Shown here piece after piece: positions 39,901 to 48,126 of a stretch of 64,000 bases of DNA. Below the pieces are notes generated by a model. The model was not told the origin of the DNA and searched no databases. It saw only the letters and a list, made by a program, of their open reading frames with translations. Both the position numbers and the translations under genes were made by a program. Location of the stretch: positions 307,676 through 371,675 of IMG/VR virus record IMGVR_UViG_3300035212_003113; one strand, 5' to 3'. Every line of letters begins with the position of its first letter. Positions within the stretch are counted from its first letter, which is position 1.

Positions 39901-41037
39901 GGCTCTGTTGGCGTAGAGACTGGGTCCGGCGTAGCCCTATATGCCGGCCCATCTTTTGCAGGCAGAGAGTTTGAGGTAACCGGCCTCGGCATGATAACTG
40001 GCAGAGCTATAACACTGAGCGGGACAAATACTTCGAGTTTCGCCGGAGCCGTGAACATTACCGGGAATACAACGATTGCTGGCACGCTAGATGTTAATTC
40101 TACATCCACCTCCTCGATAAAAAAACTGCAGGTCGGCGATCCTGGAGATATCACAAATCAACTACAGGTATACGGTTCTGCCACATTTAATCGCGGAGTG
40201 GATATACTAACTATCGGGCCCAGATTAAACACTGTGCCGCTGCAAGTAGCCGGCGCGGGCACATTTTCCACCGCCGATGGCGATATAATCATTAAGCAGC
40301 CAGCACTAAACAATCAAGCAACAGATGCCTCAGGAAATGCAAATACAAACGCCGGAATTGTGCTGGAACCAGCCGGCAGCACAAATCGCTGGCGTATGTT
40401 CGTAAATGATGGAAACTCATTTGTTTGGTCTTACGATGGCGGACAAAAAGCGTATCTTAATGAAGCGGTCGCAACCGGCACAAATCAAATAAATTTCACC
40501 GGACAACACCGATCTCGTCAGGCTGACCCAGCTACAGACTTCTCGGATAAAACCGGGCTAATCGTCGTCTCTGTCGGAGAGTACCTGTCGACCGACGGGA
40601 ATAGTATAACCATTAACGAGTCCCTACCCAAGGTGGCTCTAAGCTCAACAAGAAACCAAAAAGCCGTGTTTGGCGTGGTCTCTGACCGGGAAGATACAAA
40701 CTCTACAGTCAGAGAATATACATTTGGGCACTTTGTCAGTGTACACGAAAAAGCACCGGACGACACTCGCCTAGTCATCAACTCCCTAGGCGAAGGCGCC
40801 ATCTGGGTAACCAACGTAAACGGCAACCTGCAAAACGGCGACTATATAACAACCTGCGAAATTCCCGGATATGGTATGCGCCAGGACGATGACCTGCTGC
40901 ATAACTATACCGTAGCGAAAATTACCTGCGATTGCGATTTCGACCTAAACAGTCCGATTTATATCTGCGAGGAATTTACCTTTAATGGGCAGACGTACCG
41001 CAGGGCGTTTGTAGGCTGTACGTACCACTGCGGATAG
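33901..41037 (+). CDS. large modular tail fibre / receptor-binding protein
   Basis: ATG 33901 after GAGG; repeated ~236-aa two-part modules, collagen-like G-X-Y run at 38974-39099, C-terminal NFTGQHR...GEGAIWV...GDYITT...AK domain of intramolecular-chaperone type. Confidence 0.8.
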   Translation: MPKKPFTLPFITLRGKYSDMSPVDSQPGQFILYFNKEDGKILFSSDGNPYEPLDQSIRDDIVIDADGVLLGIGTPGVKVDNSNITIDLGGRIQGIGTPGIKVNNEKVFEDPRFVVIEQKVLDLEPAADNTIELKASKIFFKYDGDNRPVPGQQIEIEFIKGAALSGTPIIEILPSDKGIDLLEAEPGKYTLYVSEFNKAQADSIDVKATFASSSGVLTDSVTIYKARDGMNSLVGGLTNPFVAVQVNGSGVVDGSLQSILNSAGGVFTVLKGTENLTGDSSRISYSIESTPEAFLGSDGEPTVAISNSGAYSFTDFDINELIGELTFVATDLLTGQELRSKFTMVVVRQGEDGLPGATGVSSRTVKLTADDSQIAYRSDDQLLDPATITVQAAQQNHDGTVFYEFIVSEGLSGTEIILCNSTSETIILTDDLKNYGSGLSYTFIEASKTAFGKSKTLKVRTREGSATAAVKAEDAITIIATKDGSDALEVVFENSNHSFVANAAGLVSDYAGGGSIVEAYIGNEQLNAKASGIPGNGEFVVSINTQVDITSGPPAVDSENAKRIIIGDPTGMPNGKDTASVTYTITGKSSAGVQKTQSIKASFSKSKQGVTGSNGVGARSVELVSSAYQFNYDNLNQVSPASFTLTATARGTTSTNIKYKFYKDGVVLDSPSQPQTSNTLGPISSVPSANSLAGYSVELIEDDVVKATDSLSIYGTKDGSDGITLIVPNDNHTVTTDGNGSPATLAGSGTKINLLIGSQPLTATASATLLPGRFRASLAATGIEFPDPEITVFDTNTLILGEATAFAADAGIGTLTVEFMRPNASVSETITRNLSYSKSKQGAQGLAGSNGVGARSVELVSNYYQFNYNSSDEVFPAEFLLTATPRGTSSSDIKYKFYKDGALITSPTQPQTSNTLGPITEVPASDSGTGYSVEMLEDGVVKATDSISIYGTKDGSDGVTLVVPNDNHTVTTDSDGVPSTLASSGSIIRLLVGSLALTATTALESQAGEFRASIVPTGISFPGTAITLSNSTTLQLADATAFGSDSASAVLTVEFVRPGNTVKETITRSLSYSKSKRGIQGLTGSTGVGARSVELVSNSYQFNYNAANQASPSNFSLSATARGTTSSNVKYKFYKDGVAVTSPPQPQISDTLGPISALPTVNATVGYSVELLEDDVVKATDSISVYGTKDGSDAITLVVPNDSHTVTTDSAGAPLTLVGSGSAIKLLIGSQALDAVVGSSIAAGQFRVSGLTPTGITFHSTGSPPIFTTLLDSTTLKLNDASVFAADSATAVLEVSFIRPGGSETETIIRNLSYSKSKQGADGEDAVTIEIPNTNHTFPADSGGVISTSAPDNYLDSGTTIQALVGGTPLAYVSSITAAGQFTVTSSVSPVGGITVPAPTGTGTPTATIGALSAFSSSVDVATVTYTITLRRQGSSVDETFTRVGTYTKAKGGSNGVGARSIELVSNAYQFNYNSSNQSSPANFTLTATARGTTDAVVKYKFYKNGVVLTSPVQPQDSGTLGPLTDLPAANALVGYSVELLEGATSGSLAVKATDSVSIYGTRDGSDGVTLIVPNDNHTVTTDSNGAPIALTGSGSAIQLIVGSQGLLATTGTLSAGRFKASISGATGITFAASPMSVSGADATGKTLLLADATAFSGDSGTATLTVEFIRSGGSATESVVRTLSYSKSRQGATGATGAAGATGATGATGAVGATGATGAQGIQGPDGPEGGNPEDIGFFSSIYIKDGVKYPWGWGRTSSISSTVQTVLNSGTSAPIEEALVYDPDLVSSVQGSTLSTKGGYVFLPQNGLSVSTSAFCYSRPIPIDTDYRSKLRFQLARESATGYGTVTIGAFFLGSNLQKLVASDGNTLHVRAVYANDQSLITTSLRTVTFNFSPSATAAVSYSPAGQGTKSDNLTPINGALYSDISNISVPTDARYAVPFIHIAGATNSRLTVATARWWAFNPAQVVNGESIVISTSDYSDIFARPERLFVIGSTAVAGSVGVETGSGVALYAGPSFAGREFEVTGLGMITGRAITLSGTNTSSFAGAVNITGNTTIAGTLDVNSTSTSSIKKLQVGDPGDITNQLQVYGSATFNRGVDILTIGPRLNTVPLQVAGAGTFSTADGDIIIKQPALNNQATDASGNANTNAGIVLEPAGSTNRWRMFVNDGNSFVWSYDGGQKAYLNEAVATGTNQINFTGQHRSRQADPATDFSDKTGLIVVSVGEYLSTDGNSITINESLPKVALSSTRNQKAVFGVVSDREDTNSTVREYTFGHFVSVHEKAPDDTRLVINSLGEGAIWVTNVNGNLQNGDYITTCEIPGYGMRQDDDLLHNYTVAKITCDCDFDLNSPIYICEEFTFNGQTYRRAFVGCTYHCG

Positions 41038-41056
41038 TTCACGAACAAGCAAGAAT

Positions 41057-41090
41057 AAAAAAACCGGATGCGCAACATCCGGTTTTTCTT
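41057..41090. terminator. bidirectional intrinsic terminator between convergent genes
   Basis: AAAAAAACCGGATG-CGCAA-CATCCGGTTTTTCTT. Confidence 0.9.
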
Positions 41091-42125
41091 TCACTCGTCT
41101 TCATTCATAAATCGGTATAGGCCATAGTCAATCAGTACCCACTCGCCAGTCCCGGGCCGTTCCATGATATTATCTTCATGAATATCGCCGCTCAACACCC
41201 CGCCCTCTCGCATCCAGTCCAGGGTCTCACGCAGCGACCGACGGTCACTGTCCGAATCCAGCGCCTCCGTACTCCGGCTCAGAGTCTCGTACGGCCCTAC
41301 CACATCATCCCCTGCCCGCCCAGGGTGGAACTTTGGCAGCCAGCCTGCTCGCACTATCGCAAAAACGAGCTCTGGGTATTTGCCCTCTAGCAAACGAGCT
41401 GCAACTCGTGCCCGGCCACTCAGTGCAGACCGTACCCGCCCGCCCAGCAGAGATGCAATGTCGCCAACACTCGCCCGCCCGCCACGGCCAAATTCCCCGC
41501 CCAGCGAAACCAGGACGCCAGTAATCGCCCTCTCTAGATCAGTACGAAAAGAATTTAAACCGCCCCTATCACCGCCGAAGACAGCCGCAGCCGCCCTGCC
41601 GTTACGCCCAAACCACTCCGCAAACGCTCCTGCCACTAACCCCGCGTCCAGCAGCTTCTCCCCGCTGCTCCCGCCCACAAGAACCGCATGCTGCACGTCC
41701 GCTATGCCGCTCACGTCCGCGTCCAGCCGGAAGCGCAAGCCTTTCACCCCCGACTCCACGTCAGCGCTCCAATCTGTACCTACTAAGTCCCGCGCGATCC
41801 CACGATCCAAAGGACGTAGAATTTCCATAACATAATAACAGAAAGCCCCGCCGCAGCCTACTCGATACACCACCGGCACATGACGCTTTATAGCACCCGG
41901 AGCACCGGCACGCATCGTCCGTAGTCGATCAAGCACAGCATACTCGGCAGAACCACTCTCCCGCCCCTCGATCTTGATCGCCACCGGTCGACCTTCCGCC
42001 ACACCAAAGTAAACCCGGCCATATGCGCCCTCACCAGCAGGCACATCGCCGGTTACCCCGTACTCGCCCAGTAGCGCACGCAGCTCTTCGTCCTCATCCC
42101 CGGCCATCCGAAATAAAGCAAACAT
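41091..42125 (-). CDS. protein kinase-like (Ser/Thr kinase fold) protein
   Basis: Start re-called at MFALFRMAG; GEGAYGRVY, VAIK, YVMEIL, GDIHEDNIM, LIDYG. Confidence 0.8.
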   Translation of the reverse strand: MFALFRMAGDEDEELRALLGEYGVTGDVPAGEGAYGRVYFGVAEGRPVAIKIEGRESGSAEYAVLDRLRTMRAGAPGAIKRHVPVVYRVGCGGAFCYYVMEILRPLDRGIARDLVGTDWSADVESGVKGLRFRLDADVSGIADVQHAVLVGGSSGEKLLDAGLVAGAFAEWFGRNGRAAAAVFGGDRGGLNSFRTDLERAITGVLVSLGGEFGRGGRASVGDIASLLGGRVRSALSGRARVAARLLEGKYPELVFAIVRAGWLPKFHPGRAGDDVVGPYETLSRSTEALDSDSDRRSLRETLDWMREGGVLSGDIHEDNIMERPGTGEWVLIDYGLYRFMNEDE

Positions 42126-42665
42126 AAATCCTCCAAGTCTCCAGCAAAGCCTCCTATAAAAATAGACCGACAGGAATAAAACGCAACTCCCGCCCACAAA
42201 AGGCCCCCTCCTCACCCGGGCCCCCTCCCATTTATCCACAGTTTTCTTTGACCACTCTACTAAACCACGAATCCTACTTTTCACTACACCACACCACCAA
42301 CCACAATCACCGCCCCAGTAAACTACCGCAAAGCCGCATCCCACCGCCAAAAAACCGCCTGCCGCAACGCACCGCGTTACCAACAGAAACCCCCTAAAAT
42401 AACCCCCACCGCATCCGGAAGCCGCCCCCGCCCAGTACCAACAAAAACAACCCGCAACCGGATCCACCCGCCCGCTATAATAAAAGCATCAAGGTTCTAA
42501 TCCGCCCCCGCCCTATAAGAAAAACACAAGGAATACACCCACGCTTCTGCACTCAAAGCGCCCCCGCTATATAGAGAAAACACTAGAGAATATACCAGAA
42601 GGAGTCCGTGGCACACAAGGAGGCGTCCCCTCAATAGATAACCTATCGATAATCGGTAGATGTCT

Positions 42666-42951
42666 GCACGTAGTACAGCCCCTGTCCCGTAGAAAATACC
42701 AAAAGATATACCCGGGAGATGCCGGGAGATGCTTGGAGAATACCGGGAGGTACTTGCGCGTAGAGCAGGCCTTGCCCAGTAGAAAATACCAGAAGATATA
42801 CCCGGCATTTGCCGGGAGAATACCGGGAGGTGCTTGCACGTAGTGCAGGCCTTGTCCAGTAGAAAATACCAGAAGATATACCCGGTAGATACCTGGAGAA
42901 TACCGGGAGATATCTGGAGATATCTGGAGATATCTGCACGTAGTGCAGGCC
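42666..42951 (+). repeat. non-coding tandem repeat: ~50-bp core plus 10-bp fillers
   Basis: GCACGTAGTGCAGGCCTTGTCCAGTAGAAAATACCAGAAGATATACCCGG-like cores at 42666, 42756, 42836, partial 42936; fillers GGAGAATACC/GGAGATATCT. Confidence 0.9.
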
Positions 42952-43201
42952 CCCTGAAATTTGCAAATTTTCCTAGCGTGCAATCCGCGTGCCACGCTAC
43001 CCCTCCGCCCCTATAACCCGCCAACCCCCGCCCAGGGGTTGCTTTCCTGTAAACGGCCAGGCAGCCGCCCGTAATAAAAGCGGCACAAATCTTGCCTATT
43101 ACTTTCCATTCCTTTCGGTCCTAAAGACATTCTTTCCTGATCCTGACGCGTGAGACAGGGACCCGTCCGTCAACCCCTTCCCCCTGTCTGTGAGGTAAGT
43201 C

Positions 43202-43612
43202 ATGACCACCACCATCACAGCCCGCGCCGCCTACGTTGCTACCGTAACCAAGACCGCGCTGGCGCTGGCCATCATGGCTCAAGAAGAATATCGCAAGGCG
43301 GTAGTGGAGGCGTTTGCCGCCTATGACGGCGGGCGCCCCGGCGCGGCGGCCGTCGCCGCCTTGCGGCGCGTGGCAGTCCGGCCCGCCACCGCCATTGAAA
43401 GCCGCCGCCCGGCGACGGAGACCGCCGCCCTTCTCGTGAACGCCTATGACGGCGGATACGACGCGGCGGAACGAGCCGCACGCCGTTGGGACATTGACGC
43501 CGTCGAGGGCGTCCCCTTCGCCGACCGGGTTGATGCCCGCCCATGGTTCCTTAATGTCATGCCTGATGGGACTGAGATGTGGCAGACGATTCCCGATGAC
43601 GTCGAGTTCTGA
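43202..43612 (+). CDS. cassette gene, Ala-rich hypothetical protein
   Basis: Preceded by element, leader L1 and GAGG; followed by hairpin and T-tract. Confidence 0.7.
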   Translation: MTTTITARAAYVATVTKTALALAIMAQEEYRKAVVEAFAAYDGGRPGAAAVAALRRVAVRPATAIESRRPATETAALLVNAYDGGYDAAERAARRWDIDAVEGVPFADRVDARPWFLNVMPDGTEMWQTIPDDVEF

Positions 43613-43771
43613 TGGCCGGGGCCGACCCTGCCCTGTCTGCCCCGGCTAGCCCGGGGCTTTTCTTTCACCGGGTTTCGAGCCGGGCCGGTCCTAAAAACAT
43701 TATCTTTTGATCCTGACGCGTGAGACAGGGATCAGTCCATCAACCCCTTCCCCCTGTCTGTGAGGTAAGTC

Positions 43772-44005
43772 ATGACCACCGCCGCCGTCACCACCGCCGC
43801 CCTCGCCGTCAACGCCCTCGCCGCCGCCCTCGATGCCGTCCGCGCCGCTCACGCCGCGTCACCGTCCTGCCCGGCGGCGGCCGCCGCGTTGGCGGTTACG
43901 GAGGCCGCGCTGGAACTCGCAAACCAAGGGCTCGACTCCGCCATCGGGGCGGATTCCATCGACTGGCGCCCGGGGCTTTGCGAGAGTCTCGTCGCCGGGG
44001 AATGA
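43772..44005 (+). CDS. cassette gene, Ala-rich hypothetical protein
   Basis: Preceded by element, leader L1 and GAGG. Confidence 0.7.
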   Translation: MTTAAVTTAALAVNALAAALDAVRAAHAASPSCPAAAAALAVTEAALELANQGLDSAIGADSIDWRPGLCESLVAGE

Positions 44006-44032
44006 CCCCGGCCTTCCCTCTCACCCTTCCGA

Positions 44033-44063
44033 CCCCGGCCACGCGCCGGGGTTTTTTTATTTT
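44033..44063 (+). terminator. intrinsic terminator, representative of cassette terminators
   Basis: CCCCGGC-CACGC-GCCGGGG plus T-tract; similar CCCCGGC..GCCGGGG+T hairpins near 44711, 45112, 48650, 49200. Confidence 0.8.
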
Positions 44064-44261
44064 CTGTCCGCCGTCGTCGCACGCCTATGTCACGGTCAAG
44101 GTCTAGGGCGGGGCGTCCCCGGCGCCAGCCCCGGCACGGGCCGGGGCTTTTCTTTTGCCCGGTCTCGAACCAGGCGAAATCCTAAAGACATTATCTTTTG
44201 ATCCTGTATGTCGAGACAGGGATCAGTCCATCAACCCCTTCCCCCTGTCTGTGAGGCCGTC

Positions 44262-44696
44262 ATGACCGCTTTCAATGACACGTTCCCCATCGTCGGCATG
44301 ACTGCCAAGTCCGTTGGACTCTGTAAGGACAAAGACGGCGGGGACGCCGTCCGATTCACGTTCGCGGACGGCAGCGAGTGGTTGATGCACCACTCGCGCA
44401 GCTGCTGCGAGTATGTTGGCCTCACGCAGGTCGACGGCGACCTGTGCGACCTTGTTAACTCCCCGCTCGTCATGGCGGAGTGCGCGGGCGAGATTGTCGA
44501 CGACATCGACGAGGACGGCCACTCGCTCGGAACAAGCGGTTGGACGTTCTACCGCTTCGCCACGGGGAAGGGCTACGTCACCCTGCGCTGGCAAGGCAAT
44601 AGCAACGGGTATTATTCAGTCGAGGTCTCTTTCTATCAGACGAAAGAGTCCGCGTCGATATCGTTCTATGATAACGACGACGACGACAACTACTAA
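44262..44696 (+). CDS. conserved phage hypothetical protein (CCE...WTFY...SNGYYS family)
   Basis: HHSRSCCEYV..VDGDLCDL, WTFYRFATGKGYVTLRWQGNSNGYYS; start re-called after GAGG. Confidence 0.75.
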   Translation: MTAFNDTFPIVGMTAKSVGLCKDKDGGDAVRFTFADGSEWLMHHSRSCCEYVGLTQVDGDLCDLVNSPLVMAECAGEIVDDIDEDGHSLGTSGWTFYRFATGKGYVTLRWQGNSNGYYSVEVSFYQTKESASISFYDNDDDDNY

Positions 44697-44828
44697 CCCG
44701 TAGTGAATCGCCCCGGCCCTGCCGGGGCTTTCGCTTTTCCGGGTTTCTTTCCCGGCCCCGGCCGGTCCTAAAGACATTATCTTTTGATCCTGATGCGCGG
44801 GACAATCCAGTCCCGTTTGGAGGCCGCC

Positions 44829-45089
44829 GTGACCATCCGCCGCACTGCTACCATCGTTGATGCCACCGCCGTCCGCACGGCGGTCATCGCCGCCCGTCTG
44901 CGGGCCGCCTACAGCGAGGCCGGTGACGCTGAGGCGGCCCGCATTCATCGGGGGCAGCTCGACGACGGTACGGTGGTGGTGGGGGTGCTTGACGCCCCTC
45001 CGCCCCCGCCGACGGAAGCGGAGTTGGTAGCGGAGCGCATCCGGGCGATGCGCGCCCGTATGGGTGGCGCGGCCCGCCCGCTCCGGTGA
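44829..45089 (+). CDS. cassette gene, hypothetical protein
   Basis: GTG start after GGAGG downstream of element 44764. Confidence 0.65.
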   Translation: MTIRRTATIVDATAVRTAVIAARLRAAYSEAGDAEAARIHRGQLDDGTVVVGVLDAPPPPPTEAELVAERIRAMRARMGGAARPLR

Positions 45090-45241
45090 ACCCGGCCCGC
45101 CGCTTCTCTCGCCCCGGCCCTGCCGGGGTTTTCTTTTGCCCGGTCTCGAGCCTGGCCCGTCCTAAAAACATTTCTTTTTGATCTTGTATGTCGAGACAGG
45201 GTCCAGTCCGTCAACCCCTTCCCCCTGTCTGTGAGGCAACC

Positions 45242-45604
45242 ATGAAGACCACCCGCGCCACCACCGCCGCCGTCAACGCCGCCATCGGGCGCGCCCACGC
45301 CCTCCTCTCCTTCGCCGCGCAAGCGGCTGAAGACGCCGACCTCGCCGCCACCACCGCCGCCGCCTACGGTGACGGCGGCGAAGCAGCCGCCTACGGAGCC
45401 GCCGCCGCCGCATGGGCGGCCAGCGGCGACGCCGCCGCCCGAAAGGGGGCAATCCTCGCCCCCCTCGTCGAGGGGGGGCGCATCACCCCCGCCCGCGCGG
45501 AGGAGGTGGTCAACGACCCCGCTTACTATCCCCTGGGGGACGAGGTCCTCCAAGACGAAGACGGAGTTTCCTACTCCGTCTGGGGGCACCCGGTTTACTG
45601 GTGA
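45242..45604 (+). CDS. cassette gene, Ala-rich hypothetical protein
   Basis: MKTTRATT after leader L1 and GAGG. Confidence 0.7.
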   Translation: MKTTRATTAAVNAAIGRAHALLSFAAQAAEDADLAATTAAAYGDGGEAAAYGAAAAAWAASGDAAARKGAILAPLVEGGRITPARAEEVVNDPAYYPLGDEVLQDEDGVSYSVWGHPVYW

Positions 45605-45742
45605 CCCCCGCCCCCCCGACCCCGCCCTAACCCGGCGGGGTTTCCGCTTTTCCGCTTTTCTTTCCCGGCCCCGGCCGGTCCTAAAAACATTTCTTTTTGA
45701 TCCTGTTAGATGTCAGAACAACCCGCAACACCCGGAGGCAGT

Positions 45743-45952
45743 ATGTCTAGCTATGACTGCATGTTTGAGCGCCTGAGCGCGGCTTCGGCCGCCGACAAGG
45801 CCGAGACCCCCACCGCCACCACTCCCGAGTGGCGCCTGCGGCCCACCCCGGGCCGGGACATCTGCTACTACTGCGGGACCGACAATGGCCCGCTTAGCGG
45901 GGAGTGCAGCTCCCGGCAAGGGCACGATTGCTATCACTGCGGCGGGAACTAA
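45743..45952 (+). CDS. cassette gene, small Zn-finger-like protein
   Basis: CYYCG...CSS...CYHCGG; GGAGG upstream. Confidence 0.65.
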   Translation: MSSYDCMFERLSAASAADKAETPTATTPEWRLRPTPGRDICYYCGTDNGPLSGECSSRQGHDCYHCGGN

Positions 45953-46092
45953 CTCCCGCCCATCGCCCCGCCCCGCCAGCAAGGCGGGGCCTTGCCGTTT
46001 TCTGCGTTTCTTTCCCGGCCCCGGCCGGTCCTAAAGACATTCTCTCTTGATCCTGTTAGGCGTCAGAACAACCCGCAACACCCGAGGCTCGC

Positions 46093-46425
46093 ATGGCGTT
46101 TGTGAACTTGACCCCCCACACCATCACCGTCGTCGACCAAGCGGGCGCGCCCGCGCTCGTCCTGCCCGCCGACGGGACCGTCGCCCGCGTGGCGACAAAG
46201 ACGGCCGTGGCCGCCGTCGTCGACGGCGTGGAGATTTTCGAAACCTCTTTCGGGGAGGTCGTCGGCCTCCCCGCGCCGGCCCCCGGCGTGACGTGGGTTG
46301 TCTCCGGCCTCGTCGCCGGACACCCGGCGGTGCGGGGCCGTACCGACGTCCTTTCCCCCGGGGCGCTTGTGCGCGGCCCCGATGGTCAGCCGGTTGGCTG
46401 CCGGGGCTTGAGCCGTCCCGCGTGA
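46093..46425 (+). CDS. conserved viral hypothetical protein (NLTPH family)
   Basis: NLTPHTIT...ARV...GLPAP...VVSGLVA...RTDVLSPG..VR..DG...GCRGL. Confidence 0.75.
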   Translation: MAFVNLTPHTITVVDQAGAPALVLPADGTVARVATKTAVAAVVDGVEIFETSFGEVVGLPAPAPGVTWVVSGLVAGHPAVRGRTDVLSPGALVRGPDGQPVGCRGLSRPA

Positions 46426-46539
46426 GCGGCTCCCCGGTCAATCGACCGGGCTGCCCGGCTCGTCACCCGTCCTAAAAACATTATCTTTTGATCCTGTTAG
46501 ACAGAAGCCGGAACGAAACAAACCGGCACGGAGGATACG

Positions 46540-47007
46540 ATGAAGACCCTGACGATTATGCGTGGCGTCCCCGGTAGCGGCAAGAGCACCCTTGCCAAGG
46601 TGCTCGCCAACGTCCCGGGCGTCGAGACGGCTCCCGTGTTTTCCACAGATGATTTTTTCATGGTCGATGGCGAGTACCGCTTCGACGGGTCGAAGCTCGG
46701 GGCCCACCACGCGGCCAACCTCCGCCGCACGGCGGAGGCGATGGAAGCCGGTGTTACCCACGTCATCGTGGACAACACTATGACTCAAGGATGGGAGGCG
46801 CGGGAATATGTCCGCGCCGCGACCTTCCACGGATACAGGGTGCAGTTCGTCGAGCCGCGCACGCCGTGGGGGCGGGACGCGGCGGAGTGCGCCGCCCGTA
46901 ACTCTCACGGGGTTCCCCTCGCCGCAATCGAGGGGATGCTGGCCCGGTGGGAGCCGGACCTCACCCCGGAAGCGTGCTTGAACGCCCGCGCCCCGTGGGA
47001 GGGGTGA
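46540..47007 (+). CDS. P-loop kinase, AAA_33/N4BP2-like
   Basis: MRGVPGSGKST, FSTDDFF, VIVDNT, HGVP...IEGML. Confidence 0.85.
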   Translation: MKTLTIMRGVPGSGKSTLAKVLANVPGVETAPVFSTDDFFMVDGEYRFDGSKLGAHHAANLRRTAEAMEAGVTHVIVDNTMTQGWEAREYVRAATFHGYRVQFVEPRTPWGRDAAECAARNSHGVPLAAIEGMLARWEPDLTPEACLNARAPWEG

Positions 47008-47110
47008 GAGATGCCCGGCGCCGGCCGGGCTCTTTCCCCGGCCGGTCCTAAAAACAGAAAGTTTTGATCCTGATAGGCAGAGCGGCAAACAACACGCCGC
47101 AGGAGGCAAC

Positions 47111-47425
47111 ATGCGTACCGAAACGACCCTCTCTGTTCGCATTGGAATCGTAAATGCCATGGCCCGCCGGGCCGGGGACGCGGGCCTGGCTGCCCGTGCA
47201 GATCAGGTCACGGATCTCGCCTTTGCCTTGCTCGCCATCGGCGGCGACGCCGGGCCGGTGGTGGAGGCACTGGCCAACCTCGCCGGAGAGTTGGAAACGG
47301 CGATGGTACGCCGTGGCTTCAACCGCCGCGAGATTCCGGCGGTTATCCGCCGGGACTGCGAAGCTGCCGGGCTGCCGGTGGCCGATGCCACGGTCACGGT
47401 CCGCAAGCCGGGGGTGGGGCTGTGA
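47111..47425 (+). CDS. cassette gene, hypothetical protein
   Basis: AGGAGG upstream; follows element 47044. Confidence 0.7.
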   Translation: MRTETTLSVRIGIVNAMARRAGDAGLAARADQVTDLAFALLAIGGDAGPVVEALANLAGELETAMVRRGFNRREIPAVIRRDCEAAGLPVADATVTVRKPGVGL

Positions 47426-47568
47426 AGCCGTGGAACATCCCTGACGACGAAACCGATAACCGCCCCGCCCGCATGGGCCGGGGCCGCCCGGCGGGTGAGT
47501 CGCCCCGCCCGACAAAGGGTCGTCCCCGCTCGTGGGATGCCCGCCGAAGGGAAAAGCGCCGCGACTAG
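47422..47568 (+). CDS. small Arg/Pro-rich peptide
   Basis: GTG overlapping the upstream stop; MKPWNIPDDETDN...WDARRREKRRD. Confidence 0.45.
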   Translation: MKPWNIPDDETDNRPARMGRGRPAGESPRPTKGRPRSWDARRREKRRD

Positions 47569-47650
47569 CGGACCGGGGGAGCAATCCCCCGCCCGCCTTC
47601 CGCCGGTCCTAAAAACATTCTTTTTTGATCTTGATAGGCAAGAGGTGAGT

Positions 47651-47749
47651 ATGACCCGCCGCGATGCTGCCGATGCGTTTTTCTTCCTTGCCGGTATGTT
47701 TGTTCTCGTGTTCGTCTATCCCGTCTTGTTCTACGGGATGGCGGGTTAG
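47651..47749 (+). CDS. 32-aa membrane peptide
   Basis: GAGGTG SD; MTRRDAADAFFFLAGMFVLVFVYPVLFYGMAG; has its own element (47605). Confidence 0.6.
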   Translation: MTRRDAADAFFFLAGMFVLVFVYPVLFYGMAG

Positions 47750-47825
47750 TCTCCGGGGCCGGTGCCCCCTTTCTCGCCGGTCCTAAAAACATTCTTTCCT
47801 GATCCTGTTAGTCACGGAGGCAGCG

Positions 47826-48038
47826 ATGAAAGACAAGGCTGGCAAGATGACGGTGACCTTTCCCGACGGCAGCAAGCTGACGGCCATGGCTCCGATGGGG
47901 CTCCCCGGTACGCTGGCCACGGTCGGATGGGAGGCCCACCGCGCCCGGGCGGCGATAGCCGAGATGGACATGACAAGTATTCAAAGGCTCCTGCGCCACT
48001 CCGATGCGCTGCGGGCGCTCCGGCAAGCGGGCTACTGA
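47826..48038 (+). CDS. cassette gene, hypothetical protein
   Basis: GGAGG SD after element 47779. Confidence 0.7.
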   Translation: MKDKAGKMTVTFPDGSKLTAMAPMGLPGTLATVGWEAHRARAAIAEMDMTSIQRLLRHSDALRALRQAGY

Positions 48039-48126
48039 TAAGGAATCGGGCCGGGGCTTGTCCCCGGTGCCGAGCCGGACCGGTCCTAAAAACATTCTTT
48101 TCTGATCCTAATAGGCGGAGGTCAGC

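Noticed and set aside
42390-42418. Near-match to the element (CCCCTAAA-N13-CATCCGG)
   Set aside because: Mismatches in both boxes within a C/A-rich low-complexity stretch; likely chance
42126-42467. 114-aa N-terminal extension of the kinase ORF
   Set aside because: Low-complexity G/W/C-rich translation of a skewed non-coding stretch; internal ATG 42125 fits the domain boundary
42497-43024. Three minus-strand ORFs of 107-175 aa
   Set aside because: They are translations of the tandem repeat in different frames, with no RBS or recognisable domain
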